From Octopus sinensis (lineage: Eukaryota): 64,000 nt of DNA. This document shows, piece by piece, positions 42,295 through 58,031 of the stretch. Within the stretch, counting starts at the first letter, position 1, and each line of letters starts with the position of its first letter. The notes under the pieces were generated by a model. The model did no database searches. It was not told where the DNA came from and worked only from the letters and a program-made list of their open reading frames with translations. The stretch covers positions 1 through 64,000 of the forward strand of contig NW_021834475.1 of the NCBI RefSeq assembly GCF_006345805.1, in the 5' to 3' direction. A program made the translations under genes and the position numbers.

Positions 42295-45129
42295 TATATA
42301 TACATGTATATATACATAGATGTAGGTATGTACATATATGTATGTATTCATATGTTCTATTTGTTAAATTTTAAAATTGTTATTATATGACTGAGCGCCT
42401 CGCGTCGTTTCTTATCCTCCAAGTAAGTTTTTATTATATATATATATATATATTTTAAGAGATTTTATTATATATATATATATATTTTAAGAGATTTTAG
42501 ATGTTATAGAACTATTTATTAGAGATAATCGTAAATATAGAAACATTTTCTCTAGTAATAATTTTGGAGTAGGTTATTCCACCACTAATAATGTAGGTAA
42601 CATTATTTCTTCATTTAATAAATTTAAACTGAATTATTTTTATAAAAATAAATTATTTGATAATAATAATAATAATGATAAGACTTATATTAATTGTACT
42701 TGTAGAGATAAATCTAAATGTTTATTAAATAATAATTGTGATATTAACGATGTAGTGTATAAATGTATAGTTACATTACATGATAATAACTTTAAGAATA
42801 ATAATTACCCAAAAGCGGTTTATATAGGGTCTACTTCCTCAAAAATAAAATTAAGAATCGCACAACATATGAATTCTTTTAAAAATAAAAACTTAATCAG
42901 CTCAACTGGACTTAGTAAGTACATTTGGAGACTTAAATCACAAAATATTAATTATAGTTTAATTTGGGAAATAATTTGTAAAACTAAATCATATACTATA
43001 GGAGCGAATTGTTGTTATTTATGCTCTAATGAGTTTAAAGAAATTTTATTTTATAAGTATGATAATTTACTTAATACAGGTGAAGAGCGCAAAATAAAAT
43101 GCAGACATAGGTTACTTTACCTATATAATAAGTTTCATGATAAATAACAATAATAGTTCCCTATTAAAGGTTACTTTAGTTTAATATTAAATTTAGTTTA
43201 GAGTATTATATATCTTTAGTTATGTAGTTTAGGCTTTAATTATAGTTAGTCTTTAATTGATATTTCTTTGTTTTAATTAGTTCATGTTTAATGTATATTA
43301 ATATATAACAGTTTATGGTACGTTAAAACTTTAATAATTTATATTAGATTTATTTTATTTTATTTACTATTTATTTATTTCATTATGTTTTTTTATTAAG
43401 TATATTTATTATATTTGAGGAATATTATGATGGATATTGGTGATTATTTGGGATGAGTTGTTTTATGGTTTTATTTATCTGTATGGTGTGGGAGTGAATT
43501 TTGGTGTATATATTGAGGTTTATATGTATGTATAGGTATGTGTGAGTGGTGTGGGTATTAGTATATGTTGTGTGTGTGTGGTTTAAGTGTGCGTATTTGT
43601 GTGTGAATGTGTAGGTTAGGGGGATTGCTATATAGGTATGTTATAGTGTTTAGTAAAGGGAGGTTTTATCACTATATGTATTTATGAGTTTTCGTTTATC
43701 ATGGTAGTTTTATTAAAGAATTTGTAGTAATTTCTGTATATTTAAGATGTTTGATATTTTATTACATTATTCCATTCATAATTTTTAAGTAATGTCCGTT
43801 TACCACGCGAAAAGGATTTTTAATTCCATATATTCCATTCATAATTTTAAATGACGTTTTACATAGCGCGAAGACTTTTTATACATATGTTAGGTTCCTA
43901 TGGTAAACGTACTTTTGTTTGACGTTATAACGGCTAGAGTTTAATTTCACTTCATAAATTGAAACTGATTTGAAAGTATGTATATATTTTTTCTCCTTAT
44001 GTTAATCTTGATACTTATGATATTCTGGTTAATTATTGAGTATTTTCTATATCGTATTATGTGTAGTAATGTTGTTTTTATTTTGAGTGTTTATGTATGT
44101 GTGAATGTGTGTGTGTGTGCGTATTTTGGTTGTGTAATTTATTTATCTGTATGAGTGTGGGTGTGAACATATTGTTGTATATATCGAGTTTATTACGTAT
44201 GTATATGTATATGTGAGGGGGTATAAGTATATGTTGTGTGTGTGTGTTTTACGTATATGTATTTGTGTGTGAATGTATATATGGAGATTGTTATATAGGT
44301 ATTATTGTGTATGGTTAAAGGGAGTTTTATCATTATATGTTTATATGGGTTTCATTTATCATGATGGTTTATTGATGATTTGGATTAAATTTACGTTGAT
44401 TATATATTATTCCATTCATAATTTTTTAAAATACGTTCGATCACCACGTGTAAATAATTGTTTATTTTTCTTTTGAGTGTTTATGTATATGTGAATGTAT
44501 GTGTGTGTGTGTGTGATTGTTTGCGTAATTTATTTATCTGTATAGATGTGGGTGTGAATATATTGGAGTATATATCGAGTTCTGTATGTATGTATATGTA
44601 TGTGTGAGCGGGTATATGTATATTGTTTATGTATGTGGGTTGTATGTGTGTGTGAGGGAGTATGAATAAGTAATGTGTTGAAGTATTTGGCTATTTTATT
44701 TATTTATCGTTGCCTAGACGTTTTTATGTGTATGTATAGGGATATATATATAGGTGTGTGAGTTAGTGTATGTATTTAGATATGGTTATATATACTTAGT
44801 TATAAGTGTATGCGTATGTGTGTATATATAGTTTATTTTTATTTTGTTTTATATTTAATTGTTGATAGGGTTTATTTTAGATTATATATTGATTATATAT
44901 GGATTATATATAGGTTATATATAGATTATATATTTATATTTTTTATTATTTTAAAATTATTTTAAACTTATATTTTAATATATGATATTTTAGATCGGAA
45001 ATCCACCTGAAGATTGTCATTAGACATGAAACAATTGTAGTGGCGGTTTTTTTTTACTTTTTATTAAAATTTTATGTATTGATTAAGTCTTTCCTTGTTG
45101 TGTTTGCTAAATAATGGTTTTGTCTCTAA

Positions 45130-45203
<74 letters not shown>

Positions 45204-45490
45204 CATATATGTACACACACATATCATAAAATAATCTTTTTTTTACCCCTCTGCAAAAGAATTTTAATTCATTTTGCAGGAAGGACTGCTTCGGCCGGAT
45301 CGTGTTCTGCCCTTACCTTCGAAACACGCATTGAGTCGAAACAGGGGCAGCTGATGAAGGGGAATATTCCTTGTGTTGTTTGTCTTGTACTCTGTTTTTT
45401 TCGTTGTTAAAAAAAGTCCGTTTCCTTGTTTGTTTTTATGTTTTCGTTTCTCGTTGTGTTCTACGTTATTTGTGGCGTCCTGTACTCATA

Positions 45491-45565
<75 letters not shown>

Positions 45566-45708
45566 AAATATATATATGCATGTATATATACATATAGATG
45601 TAGGTATGTACATATATGTATGTATGCATATGTTCTATTTGTTAATTTTAAAATTGTTATTATATGACTGAGCGCCTCGCGTCGTTTCTTATCCTCCAAG
45701 CAAGTTTT

Positions 45709-45778
<70 letters not shown>

Positions 45779-46630
45779 TGTACACACACATATCATAAAA
45801 AAATCAAGCAAAATATTAGCCGTGGCGAACAGAGAAATTTCGTTGAATAAAACCTATAAATACTTACACTTGTTCAATTCTAACGTAATTGTTCGTGTCG
45901 TTAATTACAAGAGTAATTATGACAATCACACCTGGAACACCTGACAACGACATTTACCGAAATGAATAAACATATGTAGATATTAGTGAGAAATCTGTAA
46001 CTTTTATATCGATTGAGCTGACCAGAAAAATGTCTCGTTCAAAAGATGTCAATATTTATTTTGATGTACAAACAAGTGTCATGCTTTATCATTTACTCCT
46101 TTCGCTTCTGGAAATAAGTACGACTAGTAAATATCTTCTATTCTATCCCGGCTATGTTTCAGGGGTAAACGTAAAGAAAGAATCACTGCAAGTCTTGCAC
46201 AATGGCATAAAGACAACAAAAGTTCGCTCTTTCTAATCGTTTCGAAAATTACTTGTTACGTCGGGTGAAAGTGGAAAATGAATAACTCTTAGCTTTTTTC
46301 TACTGACGCGATTAGACTAAAACTATTTGCGGGAAGATGAAAGTAATTTGGGGTTTCCCTAATGGCCAACCCTCACAATCTCGTTCTTTATCCTCCACTT
46401 TCACCTTCATACTGTCTTTTACTCTTTTAATTGTTTCTGTCATTTGACTGCGGCCATGCTGGAACACTGCCTTTAGTCGAGCACATCGAGGCCAGGACTT
46501 ATTCTTTTGTAAGCCTAGTACTTCTATCGGCCTCTTTTTGCCGAACCGCTAAGTTACGAGGACGTAAACACACCAGCATCGGTTGTCAAACGATGTTGGG
46601 GTGGACAAACACAGATACACAAACATACAC

Positions 46631-46677
<47 letters not shown>

Positions 46678-47296
46678 CGATGGGCTTCTTTCAGTTTCCG
46701 TCTACCAAACCCACTCACAAAGCTTTGGTCGGCCCGAGACTATAGTAGAAGACACTTGCCCAAGGTGCCACACAGTAGGAATGAACCCGGAACCATGTGG
46801 TTGGTAAGCAAGCTACTTACCACACAGCCACTCCTACGCCTGTATATATGAATATTATATTTCATCCCCCTTTTATATCAACATGCTGACATCTCGTTTC
46901 AGTTACTTACCCCAGGCCACAATTGAACTCGTCAGCAGAAAATGTGACTGAAATGTTTTAAATACAACAACCGCAGCCAGAAAAACATGAAGTGCTTCGA
47001 CTGCCATCCACATCAGAGAAGTCAAAAGGAAATAGTGTAACAGAGCAGCCACGGCCTACAATAAGAACAACAGCAACAATTACAATAATGATTTGTAACA
47101 TTGAGATGTATGGCCTCAAATATATATTGTTTTGCAGGGATGGGGTATATTACAGTTCTTGATTGATATTTTACATTATTGAACACCAAAATGAAGTTTC
47201 AATAAAGAGATGTGTTTCGATACGGAAATGAATTGCGATTGATGTATTTGCAAATCCACCAAATCATCGATGTGTAAGGACAACAACAACAACAAC

Positions 47297-47328
<32 letters not shown>

Positions 47329-47371
47329 TAATGATAATAATAATAATAATAATAATAAATGATAATAATAA

Positions 47372-47408
<37 letters not shown>

Positions 47409-48029
47409 TGTCCTTTTGCAGTACCAGGCAGTGGCTCTCGTGGCTTCTGATCTTAAATGATTGGAAGTGTTATCATGTACATTGTTTTGTCTTGGTATGA
47501 AAGATGGGCTACAGCAAATATTCTGCTCAATACCACAGATTTGCATGTTAGTTGTTTGACCTTAACCAGTTGAGCAACTCCCTTAGTGGCTGACGATATG
47601 TGCATCTCTGATCACGAGCAGAAGTAGTGGGGGAGCATCATAGCCATGTGTTTAGAGGGATTCTTTGGGGTTTGAATAATTCACCTCTGGAAACATGGGT
47701 GGGTCTTTCAACATCCTTAAACAACCCTAATTCAGGGACCTTTTGAGCTGGATGGGCTACTCAACCAGAAGAAAATTCTAACTGGGCCCCACCTGCAAGG
47801 TCATGTGCTTTTTATCTTGATATGAGATCACCATGTCGCACACATATGGTTGTGATGCATGTGCCTCGTGTACCCTTATCAGACGGGTAGTCATGATGGG
47901 TATATTGGGCTTCGTATATTTAGCCCCAGTATCACTTTGGTGGCATGCACTGCTCTCTCACTCAATAATAATAATAATAATAATAATAATGATGATAATA
48001 GTAATAATAATAATAATAATAATGATGAC

Positions 48030-48070
<41 letters not shown>

Positions 48071-48075
48071 TAATG

Positions 48076-48122
<47 letters not shown>

Positions 48123-48182
48123 TAAAAAAATAATGATAATAATAATAATAATAATGACAGTAAAAATAATAATGATAATAAT

Positions 48183-48213
<31 letters not shown>

Positions 48214-51200
48214 TAATGATAATAATAATAATAATGATAATAAAAATAATAATGATAATAATAATGATGATAATGATGATGATGATGATGATAATGATGA
48301 TGATGATGATGATGATGATAATAATAATAATAACAACAACAACAACAACTATGATAGTAATTTTTTCCGATTTTTTCGACCCTAGTACTCGACTGGTACT
48401 TTAATCTACCTTCCCAGAAAGGTGAGAGGCAAAGCTGAACCCCGGAGTAAGAAGTCAACTTTTCCTTGCATCCCTTCAGGGTCGATAAATTCAATTAGAA
48501 GTCAAGTATTGCGGTCCATGGTTTCGACTAACCCCTTCTCCCTAAAAATTGCAGGGCTTGTACCAAAACATGAAACAACAACTGCAATAATATTTGCTGC
48601 TTTATTAGATAGAAAGGGTTCAAACAGATGCAATAAAATTCAAATAATGTTGGACAGAAAGCTAGCACTGACAAGTGGAGTGGTCTCGATGTTTAATATA
48701 AAGGCGGCGGGAATTATGGAAAATGTTATAGAAAATACAGTTTGACGAATTAAAATTTGATTTCACATTATTTGTCATCATCTGAAAATAAAGCATTGGT
48801 CAAATGAAAGAATGCAAGGACGAAAAACGCCAACATTAGATGTAGTATTTATTGACGTTGAAAGAATTCGAATAGAGCTGCAGCCTGGGCGGTTACTGGA
48901 TGAAATCTATTTAAGGTTGTTTGTAATGTTTCATATAAAACAAAATACATACTACTGGGTAAAATGTGTTGTCACTTACCTTACAAGCAGGTAATTTTTT
49001 TGAGGCATACGGTTGCATCCCAACAAGAAAGATCAAAGTAGTGATAGCCAAAGAAACGCACAAGTTTATTAAAATCTTTGAAGCCATTAATTTCCATAGA
49101 TTTCTGAAATGATTGAATAAAGAATAACATTTCATTCAATGAAACACAGGTACAAAATAAAACTCTCAGTACATAGATAATAACTACAACTGTGTGTATA
49201 GGTAACTTACAAACTACATGGTTCTGGGTTCAGTCCCAATGCGTGGCACCTTGGGCAAGTGTATTCTACTATAGCTGTGGGCCGACCAAAGCCTTCTGAG
49301 TGTATTTGGTAGACGGAAACTGAAAGAAGCCCCTCTTATATATGTAAATGTATGTATATATATATGTTTCTATGTGTGTATATAAGTGTGTCTGTGTTTG
49401 TCCCCCCAGCATCGCCTGATACTCGATGCTGGTGTGTTTACGTCCCCGTAACTTAGCGGTTCGGCAAAACAGAGCGATAGAATAACTACTAAGCTCGCAA
49501 AGAATAAGTCCTGGGTTCAGTTTGCTCCACTAATTGCGGTGCTCCAGCATGGCCGCAATCAAAATGACTGAAACAAGTATAAGAGTATTAACGTTAAGTT
49601 AAATTTGTATATTCTTTTATATTTTTACTTCTTTCAGTCCCTTGACTGCGGCAATGCTGGAGCCTCATCTTTAGTCGAACAAATCGAGCCTAATACTTAA
49701 ATTATTGGTTTCTCTTGCCGAACCGTTAAGTTACGGGGACCTAACACACCAGCATCGATTGTCAAGCGATGGTGGGGGACAAACATACACACACAAACAC
49801 ATACATACATATATACATAAATATAAATCTATGACGGGCTTCTTTCAGTTTCCGTCTCTTGTGTCTGCCAAATCCACTCACAAGGCCTTGGCCGACCCGA
49901 GGCTACAGTAATTCAATGGAACTGAACCCAGAACCGAGTGGTTGTGAAGCAAGCTTCTTACCACACAGCCACTCCTGCGCCTATGTGTATATAGTATTTG
50001 TATACTCTTTTACTTGTTTCAGTCATTTGACTGCGGCCATGCAGGAGCACCGCCTTTTGTCGTGCAAATCGACCCCGGGACTTATTCTTTGTAAGCCCAG
50101 TACTTATTCTATCGGTCTCTTTTTGCCGAACCGCTAAGTGACGGGGATGTAAACACACCAGCATCGGTTGTCAAGCAAACACAGACAAACAGATACATAC
50201 ATATATATATACATATATACGACAGGCTTCTTTCAGTTTCCATCTACCAAATCCACTCACAAGGCATTGGTCGGCCCGGGGCTATAGCAGAAGACACTTG
50301 CCCAAGATGCCACGCAGTGGAACTGAACCCGGAACCATGTGGTTGGTTAGCAAGCTATTTACCACACAGCCACTCCTGCGTATGTGGAAGTAATTTTAAA
50401 ATATGCGTATAATGATTCGTATGAGGTATAAAAACATTATTTGTATATTGCTTCTTTCACTCATAGAATCGGTTTCATTGGTTAGAATAGGAATTCCTTG
50501 CAGTGAAGGAACACGTGATGATACGTTGAACGTAGAATGGAACGTTGCACACAAACACATTTACTCTTTACTCCTACTCTTTACTCTTACTCTTTCTTTA
50601 CTCTTTTACTTATTTCAGCCATTTGACTGCGGCCATGCTGGAGCACCGCCTTTTAGTCGAGCACATCGATCCCAGGACTTATTCTTTTGTAAGCCTAGCA
50701 CTTATTCTATCGGCCTCTTTTTGCCGAACCGCTAAGTTACGGGGACGTAATCACACCAGCATCGGTTGTCAAGCGATGTGGGGGGGGGGGGACAAACACA
50801 GACACACAAACACACACATACATATACACACACATATATATATACATACGACAGGCTTCTTTCAGTTTCCGCCTACCAAATCCACTCACAAGGCTTTGTT
50901 CGGCCCGAGGTTATAGTAGAAGACATTTGCCCAAGGTGCCACGCAGTGGGACTGAACCCGCAATCATGTAGTTCGTAAACAAGCTACTTACCACACAGCC
51001 ACTCCTACGCCTATATGTAATATACGTAGTTGGTTCATTAACAATAACGCTATGTACGATATCCACTTTTTTCAGTCTACACTGTATTCAATATTTAATA
51101 TTGTTAATATCCAGTCGTTACGTAGAATGATTTCTTGGACAAAAAAGGAAAGGGCCATCTGCATTGATTAAAATTCTGTGTTGGGATTTCATGGTATCTT

Positions 51201-54200
51201 CTTTACTCTAACCGGAAATGCAGTTTATAAACCATCTACTGCTAAAGGTTCAAGGAAATCTCCTCGGCGAATTTGCACATAGAGCCATTTTTGGGAAGTT
51301 AATTAAACAACACACACACACACAGTTATACACACATGTGTGTTTCTGTGTGTATATGTGTGTATGTGGAGGCGCAATGGCCCAGTGGTTAGGGCAGCGG
51401 ACTCGCGGTCGTAGGATCGCGGTTTCGATTCCCAGACAGGGTGTTGTGGGTGTTTATTGAGCGAAAACACCTAAAAAGCTCCACGAGGCTCCGGCAGGGA
51501 TGGTGGTGATCCCTGCTGTACTCTTTCACCACAACTTTCTCTCACTCTTACTTCCTGTTTCTGTATTTTCAAAGGGCCGGCCTTGTCACTCTCTGTGTCA
51601 CGCTGAATATCCCCAAGAACTGCGTTAAGGGTACACGTGTCTGTGGAGTGCTCAGCCACTTACACGTTAATTTCACGAGCAGGCTGTTCCGTTGATCGGA
51701 TCAACCGGAACCCTCGTCGTCGTAACCGACGGAGTGCTTGCGCATATGTGTGTATGTGTGTGTTCATGTGTGTGTGAGAGAGAAAGTGACAGAGAGAGGG
51801 GGAGTGGGGGTGTCTCATGACACCAGCACCCACATGATAGCAGCGCCCCCTCAGTCTTCTCTTTCTTTTTTTTATCATCCTTCCTGTGGGTAAAAAAAAT
51901 GCCCCTCCCCCCAAATTTGTTCAATCGGAAATTTTGATTCCAGAATATTGTCATAAGAGCGACAACATTCTGGAATTCTCTCTTCATCCATGGTTTTTCC
52001 TGCACACAGCAACCACATCGATCGGACCAATCCGTAAGAACTCTACGAACTGACGGATGTTGCTTCTCCGTATTTAAACAGTTTATGAAAGAAAATAGAA
52101 ACTGAAATTCTTACTTGCAACAAACATGAATTATTATTGTAAGAATGAGGCAGATAAATGATATTCCGCAGCCAATGTAAGATGTCATAGATAAGAGGTG
52201 ACTAGTTTCCCCCGATTTCTGGTAGACATTCTGCAACAGAAACAAACAACAACGTATTATCTCCTTTTCCCATTCCTTCCTATGTCGGTCAATAATTATA
52301 TAAATTATGAGTGTATAAAGTGTTGATGTAGAATGTTGCGTATGTGTAAGCTGCATTAATGACAATATTAATAATGGGCCGTCTTCCACTGCATGTTGGA
52401 TGAGAGACAGTTTCACCGAATTCATTATGTATATATGGGATGTGTAACTAAAAGTATGAGATGTACCACCAACTCATAGATTTTTAGTTCAAATTCAATT
52501 AAGATGGCTTCGTATATTTTATCAGTCCAGCTAACTGAGGTTGCTTCACTTAAACCATATCTCACCTGAGATAGACCGATGTCATTTCTTTCTCATTCCT
52601 TTAACACAAAGTAGATTAAGATCAATATTCCACCAGCAGACCTTGATGCTGCATGATTCAGTTTCCTTTGCATAAAGCAATATTCTTTAACAAGAGGATG
52701 TGTCCACTTCAGATGTTTTGGCCATGGATACTATAGATTATGAGTCATGACAAAATAGATATGACAGCATTTTCGATAGGTTGTTCGTCTCATTTTGGGT
52801 CAATATATAACATGGAATATGTGAAAAATGAATATTTAGATAGAGGAAGAAATGGGAAATTGAAATTATTTTCGTAACGAAGAATTAGAGAAATGAAAAC
52901 ATTAATAAAGACAACAAGTGAATTGATTCTGTAATGTTTCTGATAAAAACTGACAAAGATAGACGCAATATCAGTGACCTGACGATTTAATCTCGATCCT
53001 TGTGGCGTCGGTGATATTGGAAACTGGTATGGAGTGAACTAGCAGTTTGAATTAATTCAAAAATCATGTAGCTACAATATGTGCCATAGATAGGTGCATA
53101 TGTTATTTTGTGGGCGGCAGAAGTGTTATATAAGTAACAAGTGGTGGATACATGTGTATTATGGATGTAAATACACAAGGGACCTTCTAGGGACCTGGCT
53201 GAATCTTTAGGGCACCGGAATTAATAAGATCCTGAGATATTTTTAGTCAGAAAACAGCACAGCTCCCATGACTTTAGGAAACATTTTTTCACGCTGAGAG
53301 TTGCTGAAGCATGGAACAAACTGCCGGCATCAGTTGTTAGTTGTCGGAGCACTGCATCCTTCAAAACCTCCATGCTTTCTGAGATTCGCCAACACTACAC
53401 CTGATTTTCTCCCCCTCCATACACACGCTGAAGCATGGAACAAACTGCCAGCATCAGTTGTTAGTTGTCGGAGCACTGCATCCTTCAAAACTTCCATGCT
53501 TTCTGAGATTCGCCAACACTACACCTGACTTTCTCCCCTCCATACACACGCTGAAGCATGGAACAAACTGCCAGCATCAGTTGTTAGTTGTCGGAGCACT
53601 GCATCCTTCAAAACTTCCATGCTTTCTGAGATTCGCCAACACTACACCTGACTTTCTCCCCCTCCATACACACGCTGAAGCATGGAACAAACTGCCAGCA
53701 CCAGTTGTTAGTTGTCGGAGCACTGCATCCTTCAAAACCTCCATGCTTTCTGAGATTCGCCAACACTACACCTGACTTTCTCCCCTCCATACACAAGCTG
53801 AAGCATGGAACAAACTGCCGCATCAGTTGTTAGTTGTCGGAGCACTGCATCCTTCAAAACTTCCATGCTTTCTGAGATTCGCCAACACTACACCTGACTT
53901 TCTCCCCTCCATACACACGCTGAAGCATGGAACAAACTGCCAGCATCAGTTGTTAGTTGTCGGAGCACTGCATCCTTCAAAACTTCCATGCTTTCTGAGA
54001 TTCGCCAACACTACACCTGACTTTCTCCCCCTCCATACACACGCTGAAGCATGGAACAAACTGCCAGCACCAGTTGTTAGTTGTCGGAGCACTGCATCCT
54101 TCAAAACCTCCATGCTTTCTGAGATTCGCCAACACTACACCTGGCTTTCTCCCCTCCATACACAAGCTGAAGCATGGAACAAACTGCCGGCATCAGTTGT

Positions 54201-56641
54201 TAGTTGTCGGAGCACTGCATCCTTCAAAACTTCCATGCTTTCTGAAATTCGCCAACACTACACCTGACTTTCTCCCCTCCATACACACGCTGAAGCATGG
54301 AACAAACTGCCAGCACCAGTTGTTAGTTGTCGGAGCACTGCATCCTTCAAAACCTCCATGCTTTCTGAGATTCGCCAACACTACACCTGACTTTCTCCCC
54401 TCCATACACACGCTGAAGCATGGAACAAACTGCCGGCATCAGTTGTTAGTTGTTGGAGCACTGCATCCTTCAAAACTTCCATGCTTTCTGAATTCGCCAA
54501 CACTACACCTGACTTTCTCCCCTCCATACACACGCTGAAGCATGGAACAAACTGCCGGCATCAGTTGTTAGTTGTCGGAGCACTGCATCCTTCAAAACTT
54601 CCATGCTTTCTGAGATTCGCCAACACTACACCTGACTTTCTCCCCCTCCATACACACGCAAGCATGTATCTGACTCATTCACTGTTCGCTTTCCAGACAT
54701 TTGTACATTACTGCATATACTCTATACGCACTTTCTGACAAGTTGTGGTGCACCAGAGCACTGTATACAATAATTTCATTATTATTTATATATAAAAAAG
54801 CATCATTTGAAGAAACCTCATAAAAATAAGGAGAGTCCATATAAGAGAATCATGAAAAGACCAAGGGTTTAATATCTAAGCTGCCAACATGTTTATTGAG
54901 CTACGGAGGGTCATCATATCTTAAATACATCTCTATCAACTAGACGACCATTCAGGTGGTTTCAACATAACAGATTTTTACAGTCAGGACAGGTGACCAT
55001 CTCTCTCGATTCCTCTTCACTTCAATGCTGGAGGAATTCTCATTTATTTTGTTGAGGATGATAAAGCACCATCTTAATTTTAAACTAATAAACAGCAACC
55101 ATAGCAACAACAATAATAGTGAATTATTATAAAATTTCAACCTCATATATTTGCTATTAAACTAACATATTTACCAAAATATCCACCAACAGAGTGTCTG
55201 GTGTGCGTTAAAATTATTTATACATAGACATAAGCAGCTCAATTAGAGGTAATTAACAGGTTGTCATAATCTTACTAACCATTAATAGGGCAAAACTTGT
55301 CAGATGGTTACAAGAACAAAGTACTTTCTTTCCAGGTACATACTCGGACATATTACAGCCTTCTGTCGACCATTTGGGATCCTGTCCGGGAGATTCATCC
55401 CAAAAGACACACCGTGGGTTGGTGGCATCCTGAAAAACATATTCTGGTAATTTAATCATGAAATAAATCTTAACTAATTTCATTAACAAAACATCAAAAT
55501 AAATTATGGTCGACAATGTTTGATTACAGATTGACAGATGACGGCATCCTTTAGAGAATGCGAGGGCTGAGACTACGCGCCTTCATTGGTCAGTTAAAGT
55601 TGAGACAGTGTCACGTGATAACTTTCTGGAGATGCCTGCTGGAGCCTAGCAACAGGTATTTAAAGGAAAAAAATTGACAAGACAATCAGTCGCCCGCTGA
55701 GACTCGTTGACGCTACATCGAAGAGGCGAGGGAACAGAAGAAAGAAGACATGCACCCAACACCAGACCTGAAGACACCTTCGAAAGGGGGGCCCCGCCAC
55801 CTCAAAATGGTTGAAGAGTAGGGGCCGAAACTGGACAGGGTTCATCCTGATGATGTCTTGAGCTAATTGGATACTATAAAGGAGCTGTTGTTGTCGCAGG
55901 CCACGATACACGGTTGACATTCCCATTGGCATTTTGAATCCGACATCACCGTCTGTGACATAGCTTAACTGACTCTTTCATCTCGTTTATAAATCTATGT
56001 ATATTCACGTAATTTACACCCCTCGCCTCTAAATGTAGAAGACATTGGATAGTGCAGTTCTAGAAATATATCATGATAATTAATTGGATAAAATATTCAT
56101 GGATTAACTGGGCCAGGAATGGCATGAAAATAAACAGCAACAAGAGCCACAATATGAGACCCCAAAGTAATTCACTCTTAAAATACACGGACACAATAAA
56201 ATGAAGCTAATACAGAAATATATTAAAAGGTTTCGTTGGTGATACGAGAATACGATACAAACAACCTGAGGCATATTTTGGAATGAAATAAAGAATATCT
56301 CCGTCATCACGCAATGTTTACATTATAAAACATACAAGTTGAAACTCACAACACAGTAACAACTACAGCAATAACTACTATTGCTACTACTACCACCATG
56401 TTTTTTCGGGGAAACAAGAGATATGGCCTCGAAATGAAACATTAACAACACAAAACAACAGTTATAGGTGCAGGAGTGGCTGTGTGGTAAGTAGCTTGCT
56501 AACCAACCACATGGTTCCGGGTTCAGTCCCACTGCATGGCATCTTGGACAAGTGTCTTCTGCTATAGCCCCGGGCCGACCAATGCCTTGTGAGTGGATTT
56601 GGTAGACGGAAACTGAAAGAAGCCTGTCGTATATATGTATG

Positions 56642-56675
<34 letters not shown>

Positions 56676-56681
56676 TATATG

Positions 56682-56733
<52 letters not shown>

Positions 56734-57818
56734 GTATGTGTGTGTGTGTGTGTGTGTTGTTTGTCCCCCTAGCATTGCTTGACAACCGATGCTGGTGTGT
56801 TACGTCCCCGTCACCTAGCGGTTCGGCAACAGAGTCCGATAGAATAAGTACTGGGCTTACAAAGAATAAGTCTCGAGGTCGATTTGCTCAACTAAAGGCG
56901 GTGCTCCAGCATGGCCGCAGTCAAATGACTGAAACAAGTAAAAGAGAAAAGAGTATAATAAATCGATAGCATTTACCTGATCTATTGGTCCGAATGAGAT
57001 ATTAACTGGTTCATCGAGGCTGGTTATTTGAATGTTAGGAACATCTGCGGCAATAATGTGACTGTTAATTTTAGTATTGCTTTGGTCCTGGAGTGTTGTA
57101 TTACCTGTAAAGAGGTGACATTAATTAAACTAATTTATTCAATAGAAGTGATTAATACGGGGCGGAATCAAAAAAGTCCCCCGACTATTTCTGTAGCACA
57201 CCAGCAGCTGGCAGCACTTGGTTGCATGTGCAGTAAGAGCTAGCAGTGGCCTTCATGAGGCAGTGTTCCGAGTGACATCGCTGTGTTTAGTTCGCAAGTT
57301 GTGAAACTTCTATACTTGCGATCACGTGTATGGTGTAGTCTGCGTTTTTGTCATAGACAGGAACAAACAACCAAAGCGAAATTTTTCCTTAAACTTGCGA
57401 CTTCTGCTATAGAAAGACTGAGCATGCTTCGGAAAGCTCACGGGAGCGAAGCAATGGGTCATACGAAATGTCCCAAGTAGCACGAGCGCTTCAAAAGCGT
57501 AAGAACCTCGCTGGAAGACGATGTTCAATCTCACTGAATAGCATATTGTGAAGGTGACTTCTACCACAGCTCTGGTTGACAAAATAATTGTCAGATGAAT
57601 TTAGTATTTGAAATCATTGAAGAACCCGCTTATGAGTATCCGAGAAGCTAAGCCGCATCTTACCAATCTGCTTAGAAATTTGTAAGTGATCAGTAAAAAA
57701 GTTCAAAATTTCTTCTCAAGTTTAAAATATGAATCTGTTTCTCTTATTTACATTCCAAATATGGGACCTTGTATCATTTTGAGAAACCAGTTCCTTCCTC
57801 AAAGGAAGGATATTCAAA

Positions 57819-57893
<75 letters not shown>

Positions 57894-57959
57894 AACACAC
57901 ACACGCACGTACATATATATATATGCGCATATTTATATATATACACACACATATATATA

Positions 57960-58031
<72 letters not shown>

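Noticed and set aside
42491-43147. Selenoprotein-type Penelope ORF (in-frame UGA at Cys positions)
   Set aside because: The visible Cys codons are TGT/TGC and there is no in-frame TGA in this fragment.
51368-51445. tRNA genes at SINE heads
   Set aside because: A and B boxes are present but the cloverleaf is degenerate and each continues into a SINE body.
55760-55860. Hammerhead-like CTGAAGA / GAAAC / CTGATGA words in the 429-bp element
   Set aside because: I could not build the three helices in any permutation.
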